DNA of 64,000 nucleotides from Histomonas meleagridis 2922-C6/04-290x (lineage: Eukaryota; Protista; Parabasalia). Positions 1 to 12,517 of the stretch are shown piece by piece. The position numbers and the translations under genes are program-made. Position 1 is the stretch's first letter. The number at the start of each line of letters is the position of its first letter. Location: contig JAANOX010000134.1 in assembly GCA_020184695.1 (NCBI GenBank), forward strand, positions 186,001 to 250,000, in the 5' to 3' direction. The notes beneath the pieces are model-generated. The model saw only the letters and a list, made by a program, of their open reading frames with translations. It made no database searches and was not told the origin of the DNA.

Positions 1-534
1 AGTTATATAAGTAGTGAAAATTCTGTGAGTAGCGAAGATGAAGAAATAGTCACAGTTCCATCAAAGCCAAAAGAAAATAGTAAAATTCAAAATTCTGTAA
101 CAAAACAAAAATCTTTTGAATCTAAATCTTCTGAAAAGACAAATATTTATATGGTTTCATCCGACAAAGAAAGCGCAAATACAAATAAAAGCAAAGAAGA
201 ACCAAAGCATTTATCTGTAAGTGAACATAAATCAAGTGAAAATAAAGATTCTCAGAAAAATGTTTTTTTACTTAATGATGACGAATATTCTCTTTTAGAC
301 GAATTACTTTCTTCACAAGATGATAAAGTCACAAATCAAAAAGATAAAAATAGTTTTGGATTTAAGCCAAAGTCTAATGATATGTTACTTTTTAGTGACA
401 TAAGTTCTGCGGATGATTCAAATCAAGTTACAAATGCAAACGTTGAAAAGAAAAACGTACAAGTGATTAAAAAGCCAACAGTAAAACTTGAGCCGAATTC
501 ATTAGATCGAGAATTAGCTGAACTTGGAATTTAA
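1..534 (+). CDS. 3' end of a Ser/Lys/Glu-rich low-complexity hypothetical protein (enters from left edge)
   Basis: Frame is open from position 1 to TAA at 532-534. No recognisable domain. Confidence 0.6.
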   Translation, partial: SYISSENSVSSEDEEIVTVPSKPKENSKIQNSVTKQKSFESKSSEKTNIYMVSSDKESANTNKSKEEPKHLSVSEHKSSENKDSQKNVFLLNDDEYSLLDELLSSQDDKVTNQKDKNSFGFKPKSNDMLLFSDISSADDSNQVTNANVEKKNVQVIKKPTVKLEPNSLDRELAELGI

Positions 535-1335
535 ATAATGTTTTGTAAAAAATTATATAATTTTATTGTTTTTGATTGTACTAAATGCAAGATTTTAGAT
601 GAAGGCTTGGATATAGATTCATAAAATACGTATTTTTGAGTAAGATACAATATTTGAGCAATTAGAAATTATTTTAATAATTGTGGCTTTATAAAGAATT
701 TTACTGGTTTAACAGAATGCCTTTTATCCGGTTCTTATATGTTTATATAAGATTTCGAAAACATTCATGTCTTAGATTGCAATCCTGTAACATGTTTCCA
801 TCTCACATCAAGCGGTTTTTTTTGAATAATCCTCACAATTCTGATTATTTTTCTCACAATTCCAAAAATCTTCGTTTTTGGATTCAATTTATCCAGATTT
901 TTGTACCAAAAAACCATTGGTAAAATTTGTAGCTCAAAAACTGGGGAAAGATGAAAAACGAAAAGGTTTTTTATCAAGAACATTTCTATATGTAATGAAG
1001 GTTAAAGATTTCTTCACCTGTAACTTCCTGCTTTGTTTTTTCAGGAGAATTGAATAAAGATTTTGAGCGTTTGTATGCAAAACACTTCCCTTCCTTGATG
1101 AAGAGAAGTTTATTGATTTCAATGTTTTTCTATTGAATTTTTGACCGAAACAACAGTTTGGCGCCTTTTTTCGTCCTCAATTCAATAAAATTAACGTCAA
1201 ATTTCGATAAAATCATATCCATTCAAAATTTGTGAGCAAAAATTCCCATCCGATTCAATTATTCAATACGAATACATCAACATTCAATACTTGTATTTCC
1301 TGCTCAGAATTAACTTCACTTGATCATTTTTTCTT

Positions 1336-3819
1336 ATGACATTCCACTTAAAGATATATGCGAGTAGATTTGGGCAACAATTCTATGATGTAATAGTTAC
1401 AAATGATATGAAATCGAAAGATGTTATTCCACTTTTGCATCTTCAATCAAATCTTGAATTGGAGAATCATTATGGTTTAATGGTAGAAAGTTATCAAAAA
1501 GGAAGTTGTCACTGGGTTCCAAGTGACATGACGTTTGATTCAACAATCTTAGATCAACAAGATAGAATTTTTATATCACCACTTAAAAAGATCCTCGAAA
1601 TATGTTTACCAAGAGATTCAAATCAAAAAACATTAATGAATGTAAGTCTTATTGATTCCACAAGATCAGTTGTAGCAGAATGTTGTAAAGAATTTCATAT
1701 TCACCCACATGAAGTTTGGGGTGCATTTATTCATGCTCGTAATGAATTAATCATGCTTAACAATGATCAATCTATAGCCGAACAAACTCAAAAGGTAGAT
1801 AAGATATTCTTAAGACAATATATATTTCCAATTACTAGATCATCTAAGTATTTCAGTCCTTTACCATTATATCTCATTCAATATCGAAAAATGGCAATCA
1901 ATGGTGAATTTTGTACTTTACCAGAAGATCGAGAAGTTCTTCAAAAGTTTATTTGGTATACATCTAAGAATCCATGTTTAAAAGAGTCCAAAACAATAAA
2001 GGAACAAGAACAAGAATTTCATAATTTCATGGAATTAAAATCATTTGGTGAATTAAATTATACAGTACGTATACGATTTGTAGATATTGTTAAAAAAGAA
2101 TCAACTAAAGATGAGATTTGTACATTTACAATAACTAACAAATCTATTATTTGCACAAAACGAAATGAAAGTAATACAAATTATGTTCGATCATATGAAG
2201 TTATTCAATCTTTAGGTATTAATCCTTATGAACTTATGATCTTTTTTAATGAAAGTCAAGGATGGAAAATAGTTAATCATAGACATTATGAAATCTTTTC
2301 TATTATAATGGAAAACATGAAAAGTTTAAATCTTCATCCATTTGTTAATAACAAATTATATGGTAATGAAATACCAATACAAACAATCTTTGAAATTCCT
2401 TCTTTGTTTTCACCACCTGAAAATGATGACATTAAAGTTTATAAAGCATTTAATGAAATTGTTGAATCATTTGTCGATTTAATGGATGAAAAAATAAAAG
2501 GTAATGCAACTTTTGAAACAGCAGTAAAAGAAATGAAATTAAATTCATTATATTGCAGTTTAATTAATTCTGCTGATTCTTTAGAGATACCAAATTTATT
2601 ACCTACATTAATTGATGGCAAAAAGATATTAAATATGTTTAATAATCCTTCATTAAATTCTAATTCTGAATTTGATCAAATTCTTCGAAAACTAAATACT
2701 ATAATATTTAAAAATTCAGCAAATCAATTTTATAAAGCAAATGAAACTGCTTTAAACCAATTAAACAAACGTATTAATCCTGAAAAGAATTATGAAAAAC
2801 CAAAATTAAATCGAATTGAAAGTATAAAAAACAAAAACATTCAATTTAATACTCCTAAAAAGAAGAAATCATTAAATAAGCCAAACTTAAATAATGAAAT
2901 TATTGATATTCCTTATGAAGAAAACAAACCCAAAAAAAGTTTTAAGTTGATTCCTGACTTTATAACTGTTAATAAAGAAGAATTAACTAAAGCGCAATTT
3001 GAATTTGAACAGAAACGAAAAGCAAATATAATTCCAAAACCGGAATCAGAAGATTTTGATGATATTTCATCATGTTCTGATTTTGAAGAACCTCAAGCAT
3101 TAACATTTGATGTAGTCCGTCCATATGAACAAAGGATGAATAATTCATATCAAAATTATCTATATCCATCAAATTATTATCCAACTTATACTCAAGATTA
3201 TCATAATGGTTTTCCAATACCTTATATGTCGAACTCTTTAGATTCAAATTATTATCAACATCCTAATTTCGGTTATCACCAATATCCTTCTGATTATTCA
3301 TCACCAAATTGTTCTTCTGTTAATAAAATTGAAACGTCACCAAGTATTAATGTTAAAATCATTAACAAAGATAAAAGTAAAACGAAAAAAAATCCTTATA
3401 AATATTTATTTAATGGTTATTCAGATTCATTAAAACAATTAGAAAATGGTGATATTAAAAGAAATAATTTAGATAATTTAAAGAAGCTTTTAGAAGAATT
3501 AAGAAATGAATGCGAGTTCGAAGAAGAAGAATCCAAATACGTACTAAATTCTTATATTAAAGAACTTAATAATAAAGAATTAAAACCAAATTCATTACAT
3601 AATGCTTTAGGTTTAGTGAAATGGTTTGAAGATTATACAAACAAAAATAAGAATTTAAATAATATTAAAATACCTGATGAATTTAAAAAGACAAGGTTGA
3701 ATGGGGAAATTATTAAACTTAATGCTAATGATACTGGTGAAACAATCGGAAATCAGTTGGAGCAGTTGAAAAACTCAATTAAAACGACCGGAACTTTAGC
3801 TGAACTAATCAATGAGTAA
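1336..3819 (+). CDS. 827-aa hypothetical protein, possible N-terminal FERM/ubiquitin-like subdomains
   Basis: Long ORF. N-terminus has ubiquitin-fold-like patterns (HLKIY...YGLMV; LEICLP...WGAFI) followed by a PH/PTB-like strand-rich segment. The domain call is weak. Confidence 0.6.
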   Translation: MTFHLKIYASRFGQQFYDVIVTNDMKSKDVIPLLHLQSNLELENHYGLMVESYQKGSCHWVPSDMTFDSTILDQQDRIFISPLKKILEICLPRDSNQKTLMNVSLIDSTRSVVAECCKEFHIHPHEVWGAFIHARNELIMLNNDQSIAEQTQKVDKIFLRQYIFPITRSSKYFSPLPLYLIQYRKMAINGEFCTLPEDREVLQKFIWYTSKNPCLKESKTIKEQEQEFHNFMELKSFGELNYTVRIRFVDIVKKESTKDEICTFTITNKSIICTKRNESNTNYVRSYEVIQSLGINPYELMIFFNESQGWKIVNHRHYEIFSIIMENMKSLNLHPFVNNKLYGNEIPIQTIFEIPSLFSPPENDDIKVYKAFNEIVESFVDLMDEKIKGNATFETAVKEMKLNSLYCSLINSADSLEIPNLLPTLIDGKKILNMFNNPSLNSNSEFDQILRKLNTIIFKNSANQFYKANETALNQLNKRINPEKNYEKPKLNRIESIKNKNIQFNTPKKKKSLNKPNLNNEIIDIPYEENKPKKSFKLIPDFITVNKEELTKAQFEFEQKRKANIIPKPESEDFDDISSCSDFEEPQALTFDVVRPYEQRMNNSYQNYLYPSNYYPTYTQDYHNGFPIPYMSNSLDSNYYQHPNFGYHQYPSDYSSPNCSSVNKIETSPSINVKIINKDKSKTKKNPYKYLFNGYSDSLKQLENGDIKRNNLDNLKKLLEELRNECEFEEEESKYVLNSYIKELNNKELKPNSLHNALGLVKWFEDYTNKNKNLNNIKIPDEFKKTRLNGEIIKLNANDTGETIGNQLEQLKNSIKTTGTLAELINE

Positions 3820-4306
3820 AAATAACAATTTAAATATATTTTGAAAAAATAACATTTTCTCATGAGCATATTATTAGATTAATTAGTGATTTGATAATTC
3901 TTATAATAATTTTTCTTGCTTTCCCAGATAACGTGATTTCTTGCATAAAGCAAAATCTGTAGGCTAACCTAGGTTCTAAATGCATTTCACATTAATTAAA
4001 TATTATTCCTTTAAATATATGTTGAGTAATGCATTGATATCATTCTGATAATTTCTTTTAGTTTTCATCTTAGATTTTTTCCTAATACATATGCACCTAT
4101 TGCATAAAAAAAATTTAATCTTCAAAACCTGTTCTAGTGATTAAAATATAGACAAATTAAATGATCACGTAAACAAAAACTATCGTTGTTCTGAAATTTT
4201 TATCGTTTACATTTAAATTTTCTGTTGTTTACACATGTGTAAACAATTTTTTTCATAATATTTTGTAAATAAAAGGATAAAACTAAAATTTCAAAATACT
4301 TTATTT

Positions 4307-5095
4307 TTAATCATTCCCAAACATTTCGTCAAATATGAAACTTTCATCAAAATAATTATTAGATTCTGATGAGTTCTGAAATTGATTTGGAGCAAATGAC
4401 AAAGGATCATTGAATATGTCCATTGGGTCATTTGCAATGATAAAATCATTGAACATTTCCTGTTTCTGATCAGATTGGAAATCATATGTTGGTATTGTAT
4501 AGTCATTGTCAATCCGTAACTCAGCACACTGATTTGTGTTTTCAGAGAGAACTCCAATTTCGGGTGCTGGAGAGATATAATCTTCTTTTGGATCAATTTT
4601 AATTGTGGCTTCTTTTTGTGATTTTGTGTACCCATTTTTCTGTCTAATTGTCCACTGCCTGAGTTCTGCAAAATTATCCTTTAGAAAAGGGAAATGTTTG
4701 AGCAATGAAGATGATGTTTCTGTGCGTGGTGGAGCTGAGCCGTAACCAATAAGCTGAAATGACCCATTTATTGATGACTTACATTTCGATGTGAGCAATC
4801 TAAGTTGTCTTGTATTAATTGCTATTTCATCATCGCCATTAAGCCAACAAATTCCGCAAACCAGAGCACGTCTCCAATCATCTTTATCATCTTGCACTAC
4901 GAATGCTTTTATAGCTGTTACAATTTTTTTAAATGTTTCAATGCAATGGTTTCTTCGATTTTTGCAAGATGGTGCTGAAAGGGCTGCCTGTAATAGAACA
5001 TATGCAGATCGGTCTTCTTCTGAAAGGAGATCAAAGTACATAGGTTTTGGGTAAGACCTTTCATTCTGACTGTTCATTTCTTCAGCATCGCCCAT
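4307..5095 (-). CDS. Initiator-binding-domain (IBD, IBP39-like) protein
   Basis: LSEEDRSAY...DDWRRALVCGICWL...IAINTRQLRLLTSKCKSSINGSFQLIGY is the parabasalid IBD signature. Likely start is MGDAEE at 5095. Confidence 0.9.
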   Translation of the reverse strand: MGDAEEMNSQNERSYPKPMYFDLLSEEDRSAYVLLQAALSAPSCKNRRNHCIETFKKIVTAIKAFVVQDDKDDWRRALVCGICWLNGDDEIAINTRQLRLLTSKCKSSINGSFQLIGYGSAPPRTETSSSLLKHFPFLKDNFAELRQWTIRQKNGYTKSQKEATIKIDPKEDYISPAPEIGVLSENTNQCAELRIDNDYTIPTYDFQSDQKQEMFNDFIIANDPMDIFNDPLSFAPNQFQNSSESNNYFDESFIFDEMFGND

Positions 5096-5581
5096 CGCAA
5101 CTGTTTTGACAGTTATTATGGCAAAATAAAACTCAATTTTTAATTGAACAGCTCGACAAATTTTTGAAATGTTTACACACTCAATGCCAATCGAAAAAAC
5201 GTCTTTTACACAAAAAGTCGAATAACGATTGAATATTTCTATCAAAAACCTTCGTTTTGTGTACACGTATCATCTTGTGGAAAACATTAACATTTTTGAA
5301 GGAATATTTTTTAATTTTTTTCAATATTTTTACTTTTCATAAAAACAATTTTGTGCAGAACACTATTTTTAGTACTCACTTATACATGTAAGTAACAAGT
5401 AACTCGTCTATTTGATGAAAATTAGCTCTTGAATATTTAAAATAATTTAAAAGTAATTATTCAAATTTTATTTACACAATGTTATTATCAAGTGATATTA
5501 ACAATTTTTTATCAAGATATTTTCATTTTATAAGTCATTTTTTGAATTAAAATCGACCTCAAAATTTATCAGACAAATGTT

Positions 5582-6760
5582 TTAGGTTGTTTTTAAATTT
5601 GCAAACAAAGAGCCACGAAATAAGTTAACGATTTCTATATGACCTTCTGAAGATGCTCTAATAAGTGCTGTTTTAAATAATCTAAATAACTTCCAAATAT
5701 TATTTTGAAATCCAAAATTATTAAAATAAATTATAAATAAAACAAATAAATATCTTTAGCATTAATATCAATTCCTTCTTGTTCAAGAAGTAATTTAACT
5801 ATTTCTTTATGACCATATTCAGATGCTAAAATAAGTGCTGTTTTAAATAATATAAATAATTTCCAAACAATATTTTGAAATTTGAAATAAACAAAATATA
5901 TTCTAAATGATGAAAATGAAAATTTTTGGCATTTAAATTTAAACCTTCTTTTTGAATAATTGCTTTAACTATATCTATATTATCACTTTTAATTGCGAAA
6001 TTAAGTGGTGTATCAAATAACATGATAAAATTTTATATGTTCTTTAAAAATATGAAATAATTAAAATAAATATCAAATCTAAAAAATAAATATCGAAATC
6101 AGTAATAATAATATCTTTTTGCTCTATAAGTAATTTAGCTATTTCATTGTGATTTCTTTGAATTGCAATCATAAGTGCATTGTAAAATGATTTGAATAAT
6201 TTCCAAACATTTTATAGGAATTTTAAATGATTAAAAGAAAATTTAATAAAATGAAAGAAGAACTTCTAATATTAATATCAATTCCTTCTTGGATTAGAAG
6301 TAATTTTACAATTTCTATATTACCATATTCAGATGCATATAAAAGTGCTGTTTTATTTATTATGATTAAATTCCATACATTATTTTAAAACGTCAAATAA
6401 TTAAGTAAAAAACTGATTTTAAAAAATAAATATCTTTAACATTTATTTTAATACCTTTTTGTTCAAGTAATAGCTGAACAATCTCTTTAAAATTTTTTAG
6501 TGATGCAAAAATAAGTGCTGTTTTAAATATAAAAAATAAATTCCAATTATTATGCATAAACATCAATTTTTTAATATGATCTTTGTATAACTTTAATAAA
6601 AATCTTTTACATTTATGTTGACTTCTTTTTGGTTAAGAATATATTTAAACATATCAATGTTATTATTAATAGTTGCAGTTATAATTGCAGGTTCAATAAA
6701 TTTAATCAAAATCCATAAGATATTTTGAAACATAAATAAAACAAAATATATCATATTTTT
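5582..6760 (-). repeat. Ankyrin block (90 nt) / spacer array with 170-nt period
   Basis: 80-nt spacers at 6522-6601, 6352-6431, 6182-6261, 6012-6091, 5842-5921 and 5672-5751. An in-frame 63-nt spacer lies at 6692-6754. Confidence 0.9.
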
Positions 6761-7981
6761 TATATTGATTTTAAGTTTTAATTGTTCAACTAAATATTTA
6801 AAAAGTTCAAAATTTCCTGAGACTATAGAATTGAGTAAAACTTCATTTGGTGGTCTTTTTCTTTTATGAAAATGGAAAAATAAATATAAATTACCATTGT
6901 GTGCTGCACTATTTATGAGATATTCGTCAAATTTAACTTCTTTTTCTTCCAAAAACTTTAAAAGTTCATAATTATAAAACATAATACATTTCTTTCCTAA
7001 CTCATTCATATTTACTTTCTCAAAAATTTGATTTTTATTTTCATAAAGATATTTAAATAATTCATTTCGATGAAATTCAATTGTAGTTTCAAACGAGTTT
7101 TCAAAGGAAACATTATTTTGTTCACATAAATGAATTATTTCAAGATTTCCTCCCGCTAATGCATATTTTCCTGTGTAAGTTATATCCGAACCGTTGAATA
7201 ATAGGTATTTAAAACATTTAGTTGACCCGAAAAATGCTGCGTAATTAATAAGTGTTACATTATGTTCATTTTTAAATGAGTAAACTTGAAATTTTGAACC
7301 CACAAAGGAACATTTTTGATTAATAAAAGAAAATCTTTCATAAATTGATGGCTCAATTATTTGATTAAAATCAAATCCATTTTGTGCTGACATTTCTTGA
7401 AGCTTTTCAATATCGTCGTTCCGAATTGTTTTAGCAATATCTAATGGATTAACACCTTCACGTATTAATTCTTTATGAAGTTTCCAATTATCTTTTTTGA
7501 GTTCTTCTATATTTTCACGAATTTGATAATAATCTCTAAAATTTATGATTTGGTCTTCAGGAAAATATTGCGCAAAATAACATGTTTTAATTGATTGAAC
7601 AAAACTTGGCTCTATCATTTTTTCTTCAATCATCCTTTCAATAAGATAATATGATTCATGTAATTTAAACACATAATTTAATGATGAAATGATTGCTTTG
7701 GTTACATATTCACCAGTAAAAAATGTTTTCTTTTTTTCTTGAATTGATTTTAAAAAAGTAAAAAGTATATGAGTATTAGGTTTTTTAGAAACCAAAGAAG
7801 AAAAAACTGCTAATTGAATAATAGTACGAAAAAATGATTCCGGATATTTATCATCAAAATTATTTAAAATCTTTTCGACTGAAACTTCAATATTTTCTTC
7901 ACTAATTCCATATATTATGTGTTCTAGTGATTCAAGGTAAGATAAATTTTCATCTTTCTGTTTTGATTTGCTCATCCACAA
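5582..7981 (-). CDS. DUF3447 + ankyrin-repeat gene (locus A), ankyrin array interrupted by 7 spacers
   Basis: ORF 6593-7981 has the DUF3447 motif (IRNDDIEKLQE...PSIYER...YAAFFGSTKCFKYL). Six further TAL...ankyrin blocks follow, ending at TAA 5582-5584. Removing 51 nt plus 6x68 nt gives an intact 646-aa frame. Confidence 0.75.
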
Positions 7982-8869
7982 GTGTTCTATGTGATCAAGA
8001 AGTTTATTTTACGATTAAATTCCACTTAATTAGCTTTTTCTAAGGGCTTACAATTTGATAAACCACGTACGTTAAAGGGCATTCAATTTTCTGGTGTTAA
8101 AATAGTGAAGTGAATTCAACGATGAAAGAACGTTTATTGGGAACTATCATTCATATATTATGAGGGGGTTTTATTTATCTCTAAATCAATATTTTGGAGT
8201 ACATAAAACATCACACAGAAATAGCCAAATTACTTTGCGAAAAGAAAGGAAATGATGTTAATGTTAAAAATTATATTTATGATAAACTAAAATTTCAATC
8301 AACATTAAATCAAGATTATTTTGTTTTTCATCTAAAAAATGGCTTATAACACCAACCATGTTTACTTTATTGTTTTTTCCCCTCAATTTAGTTTAACATT
8401 TTCAAATATTTATAATTTGTTCTTATTTGTAATAATTACTTCTGATATCAGTGATAAAATTTTTGAATTTGTTTTTGTAAATTTATTGGTTTTTCGCTTT
8501 ATTCATCTTTTAATTGCAACTTGGTTTGTATAAGAATTGGCAAGGGTTTACATTTTTAAAAGCATCTTGAAATGCTGTGATGATTGAAACGAAAATCACC
8601 ACAAAATACAAATACAATTTTCTAAATCATACATTGAAATGGAAACTTATAGATGAGAAAATCTATGCGTATTTGATATTTACTAATTTCACAAAGAGCA
8701 CTTAATGCGCCTTGTCTGAAACTTTTCTTCGCACCTTGTACTGTGAATCAGTTAGATAAAATTTTTGACGAAAATCAAGAAATTTACATTCGTATGAAAA
8801 ATATGGAGCAAAACACATGCTTTTGATCTCAATATCCTGCTCATTAGCCACTTAACAATAAACATTAAA

Positions 8870-10557
8870 CATTAATTTCCAAATATTATTTTGAAATATT
8901 AAATTATTAAAATAAATATCAAATAAAACAAATAAATATCTTTAGCATCGATATCAATTCCTTCTTGTTCAAGAAGTAATTTAACGATTTCTATATGACC
9001 TTCTGAAGATGCTCTAATAAGTGCTGTTTTAAATAATCTAAATAACTTCCAAATATTATTTTGAAATCCAAAATTATTAAAATAAATATTAAACAAAACA
9101 AATAAATATTTTTGGCATTAATATCAATTCCTTATTGTTCAAGAAGTAATTTAACGATTTCTGTATGACCTTTTACAGATGCTAAAATAAGTGCTGTCCA
9201 AAATAATATAAATAATTTCCATATATTATTTTGAAACATCATATTATTAAAATAAATATCAAATAAAACATATAAATATCAATATCATTTATATCAAAAC
9301 ATTTTTGCCCAAGAAGTAATTTAATGAGTTCGTAATTTTTTGATTTTGCTGAAAATATCAAAATAATTTTTGGAATTTGATTCTTTTGAGCATAATATTC
9401 AAATAGATATAAATTTCCGTTTCTTGCTGATTCATTAATTAAAGGATTTTGTTTTCCACAATATTTTCTTCCAAAAATGAAAGAATTTTGTAATTTCCTT
9501 TTTCTATGCAAAAACATTTCAGATTTTTGCTTAATTTTTCGATTTTATTTTCATAAAGATATTTAAAGATATCATTTTGATGAAATTGAATTGCTGTTTC
9601 ATATGCTTTATAAAATGATGAATGATTTTGTTCACATAAATGAATAATTTCTTCATTTCCACCTGAAACTGCATATTTACCTGTATTGTTTACATTTGCT
9701 CCATTGATAAGTAAATATTTAAAACATTTAACTGAAGAAAAAAAATGCTGCATAATTAATTAATGTAACTTTTTTTTGATTAATAAATGAACATCTTTCA
9801 TAAAGTGATGGTTTGATTTTTTGGTTAAAATCAAAATTTGTTTGTGATGATATTTCTTGAAGTTTTTCTATTTCGTCATTTCGAATTATTTTTGCAATTT
9901 CATTTGGATTATGTCCTTCTTCAATTAAATGTTTATGAAGTTCAAAATCATTTTTAGAAAGTTCTTCATAATTTTCTCTAAATGTACATTCAAATTGATT
10001 ATAGTAATATTTGCTTTTATTTTTTTCCTCTGTTTGATAATGTGCAAAATATAGAGAATTGATTTTTTTTGTTACATCTTTATCAATTAAATTTATTTCA
10101 AGCATTTTTTCAATTATGTAAAATGATTCTTGTGATTTGATATCAACTAAATTGTTCGTAAAAATGTCAATAATTTTTTGAATGTTTTATTTATTTCTTC
10201 TTCTTTTGTTTGAATTGTTTCTAAATATTTAAAATATATATTGTTCACATCCTTTTGTGAAAAAAATACAAAATAAATCAAATTGCTTATGATAGAATCA
10301 AATGAATATGGATGATTTGTGTCAAATAATTTCATTGTTTGCTCGACTGAAAAATCAAAATTTTCTTCTTTTAAATTAAATACAATTTTATCTAATTCTA
10401 AAAGCATTTCCATTAAAAATTTATTTTCAGTGAGAGAATTTATTTCGTTGTGATTCCTTGTTTCAGTCGACAAAATATTTGAATAAACAAAATGAAAATT
10501 CACATAATTATTTGGAAAGTGCTCACTCAAATAAATAAACGGTGGAAAATTCTTCAT
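8870..10557 (-). pseudogene. DUF3447 + ankyrin gene (locus B), fragmented
   Basis: Homology to locus C runs across ORFs 10147-10557, 9728-10105, 9439-9753 and 9239-9517. Frameshifts at T6 10174-10179, A8 9738-9745 and near 9445. TAA inside an ankyrin block at 9132-9134. Array truncated mid-spacer near 8875. Some frameshifts may be assembly errors. Confidence 0.7.
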
Positions 10558-11094
10558 TTAAAAATCATTTTTTTCCATGTATTCTCAACATTTAGAAAAA
10601 CATATTTTATACTTATACAGATTTGAGCATACATATCAAAGGCCGAAATGAAAATCTCTAATTTTAAATTTTTTTCATTTCATAATTGATCACTTGTTTT
10701 TACATAATATAAAGACATTGTACACATTATTTAAACAAATTTAGAAAGCCATTAAAATCGCGATTTTGAGCTATTTCATTTTTTCCATTTTCTTCTTTGC
10801 AGCGATTTTTTCTTCGAGAAACCTTTCGAATTCCGTTTTAACTTCCGATTTTTCATTTGGAACAATTTCTCATTTTCGTTTTTTTTTTCTGACTTCGATT
10901 TCGTATTTCTTTGGGATTTCAAACGATCTAATTTGAAGTCCGAAGTTTTCCGCTTCTTCCGGAACAAGGCTTAGCCCCAAATTTTGTTTTTAAATTTAAT
11001 TTGATTCAAAAAGTAAAATCTGATCGTACCGGAGTGGACCGTTAATTTCAGAATATTTATCAATTCACATGTCTCAAGTACTAATTCATGTTAT

Positions 11095-12192
11095 TTATTT
11101 ATTAAAGAAACTAAAGAAAGCCGTTTTTTTATCTTCTTCTTTTTCCATGTGGTCCTCATCCCAATATTTCTTAGCATACATCAAAAGTAACTTTACGTTA
11201 TCCACTTCAATTTTCTGCAAAGAATTCATAGTTTTTATGTAGTCATCAGGGTCGATTTGCTTTTCAATCATTTTTACCTGTGCCACTGATATATATTTTT
11301 CATATTCTACCAACTCATTAAAATGAGCAAATAATGCATCCCAAATCAGTAACAAATTTGGCATCAAATATTCCTGCGCAAACATCAGATTTAACCATCT
11401 GTAACAAAAACAAAGAGGATGAATCGAATGCGTAGTAATTGTGGATGCACAATTCGGTAAATGATGTTGAAGAATTTTCATAAAAAGATTCATTTGCTTA
11501 TATATAAGCGATGATTTGTCTTGTGTTGTGTATAATTCGTTGAGTTTGGTGACGGCGATTAATTGTTGAAATGTATAAAATACAAATGCTTCCATGGCAA
11601 GATGATCATAGTTAAAGAATGGTAGACCTAACGAAAATGCATAATATATAATACAACATATCTCATTAAAGCCTTGCGCATATGACAAGGTTGGATTAAC
11701 ACTGGCAAAAATATAAAGAATACGTTCAAGACGCCGTATTTGTTCATGGTATGGTAAAAGAATATCTTCGGGATCATCACTGCTAATAGTAAGATCGGGA
11801 TTTGGTAAAAATATGATGTGATGTGAAGTGCGAATAATATCGCCATGAATAAGCTCCATGAGCTCTGGCTTGGGAACACCGTAGTCATGGGAATCTGTGG
11901 TATTTGGAATTATCTTTTTTTCATATCCATCAATTTGAAATAAGTCAATAAAATCTTTATATTGGGAAATTAGACTTTCTTTGACATTGGGCCAAGCTTC
12001 GGGTTGTTCAGGATATATTCCAGATAATAAAAGCCACGCAATTACACGATCTTCTGGAGGACATTCATCAAGACCTTTGCAACAAAGTGTTTGAATCAGC
12101 TTAGTATTAACAGGATCTTCGTTTTCAGTAACCTGAACAAGTGGAAGTATTTTAAATGTAGGGTATTGCATCCAAGCCGAATTTTGGTGCAA
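11095..12192 (-). CDS. TBC-domain Rab GTPase-activating protein
   Basis: R-finger IHGDIIRT, Q-finger YAQGFNEI, and YRWLNLMFAQEY...IWDALF. Confidence 0.9.
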   Translation of the reverse strand: MHQNSAWMQYPTFKILPLVQVTENEDPVNTKLIQTLCCKGLDECPPEDRVIAWLLLSGIYPEQPEAWPNVKESLISQYKDFIDLFQIDGYEKKIIPNTTDSHDYGVPKPELMELIHGDIIRTSHHIIFLPNPDLTISSDDPEDILLPYHEQIRRLERILYIFASVNPTLSYAQGFNEICCIIYYAFSLGLPFFNYDHLAMEAFVFYTFQQLIAVTKLNELYTTQDKSSLIYKQMNLFMKILQHHLPNCASTITTHSIHPLCFCYRWLNLMFAQEYLMPNLLLIWDALFAHFNELVEYEKYISVAQVKMIEKQIDPDDYIKTMNSLQKIEVDNVKLLLMYAKKYWDEDHMEKEEDKKTAFFSFFNK

Positions 12193-12517
12193 GGAGTTAA
12201 CGTTTATTGATTAGAACGTTTAATTGAGTTCTTATAACTTAAACGGTTCCAGACGATGGACAACAAATTGCTCATTTGATGACAAAAGTGGCTTTTATGT
12301 ACAGAAAAATGAATACTTTACAAATCATTTGTGTTACAGATTTAAATTCACTGCAAATATTTATAGAAAAATAAATTTGATGCTTTATACATATATATAA
12401 AAATATTTCTTGCTGTTTCAAAATTAATATCATCACTGATATTCATTTTTCGTTCTTGTAAAGACAAAAAAAACATTACAAACAAATTATCATTTATATT
12501 ATATTTTTACATAATAT

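Noticed and set aside
5582-6601. Alternative genetic code explaining the stops in ankyrin arrays
   Set aside because: Most spacers shift the frame, which codon reassignment cannot fix. TAA, TAG and TGA all terminate well-conserved genes in this window.
5672-6601. Matched take-off/landing codons (TAT/TTT near both spacer ends) as proof of ribosomal hopping
   Set aside because: Exact matches occur in only a minority of spacers and are expected by chance at this AT content. Kept only as an untested alternative mechanism.
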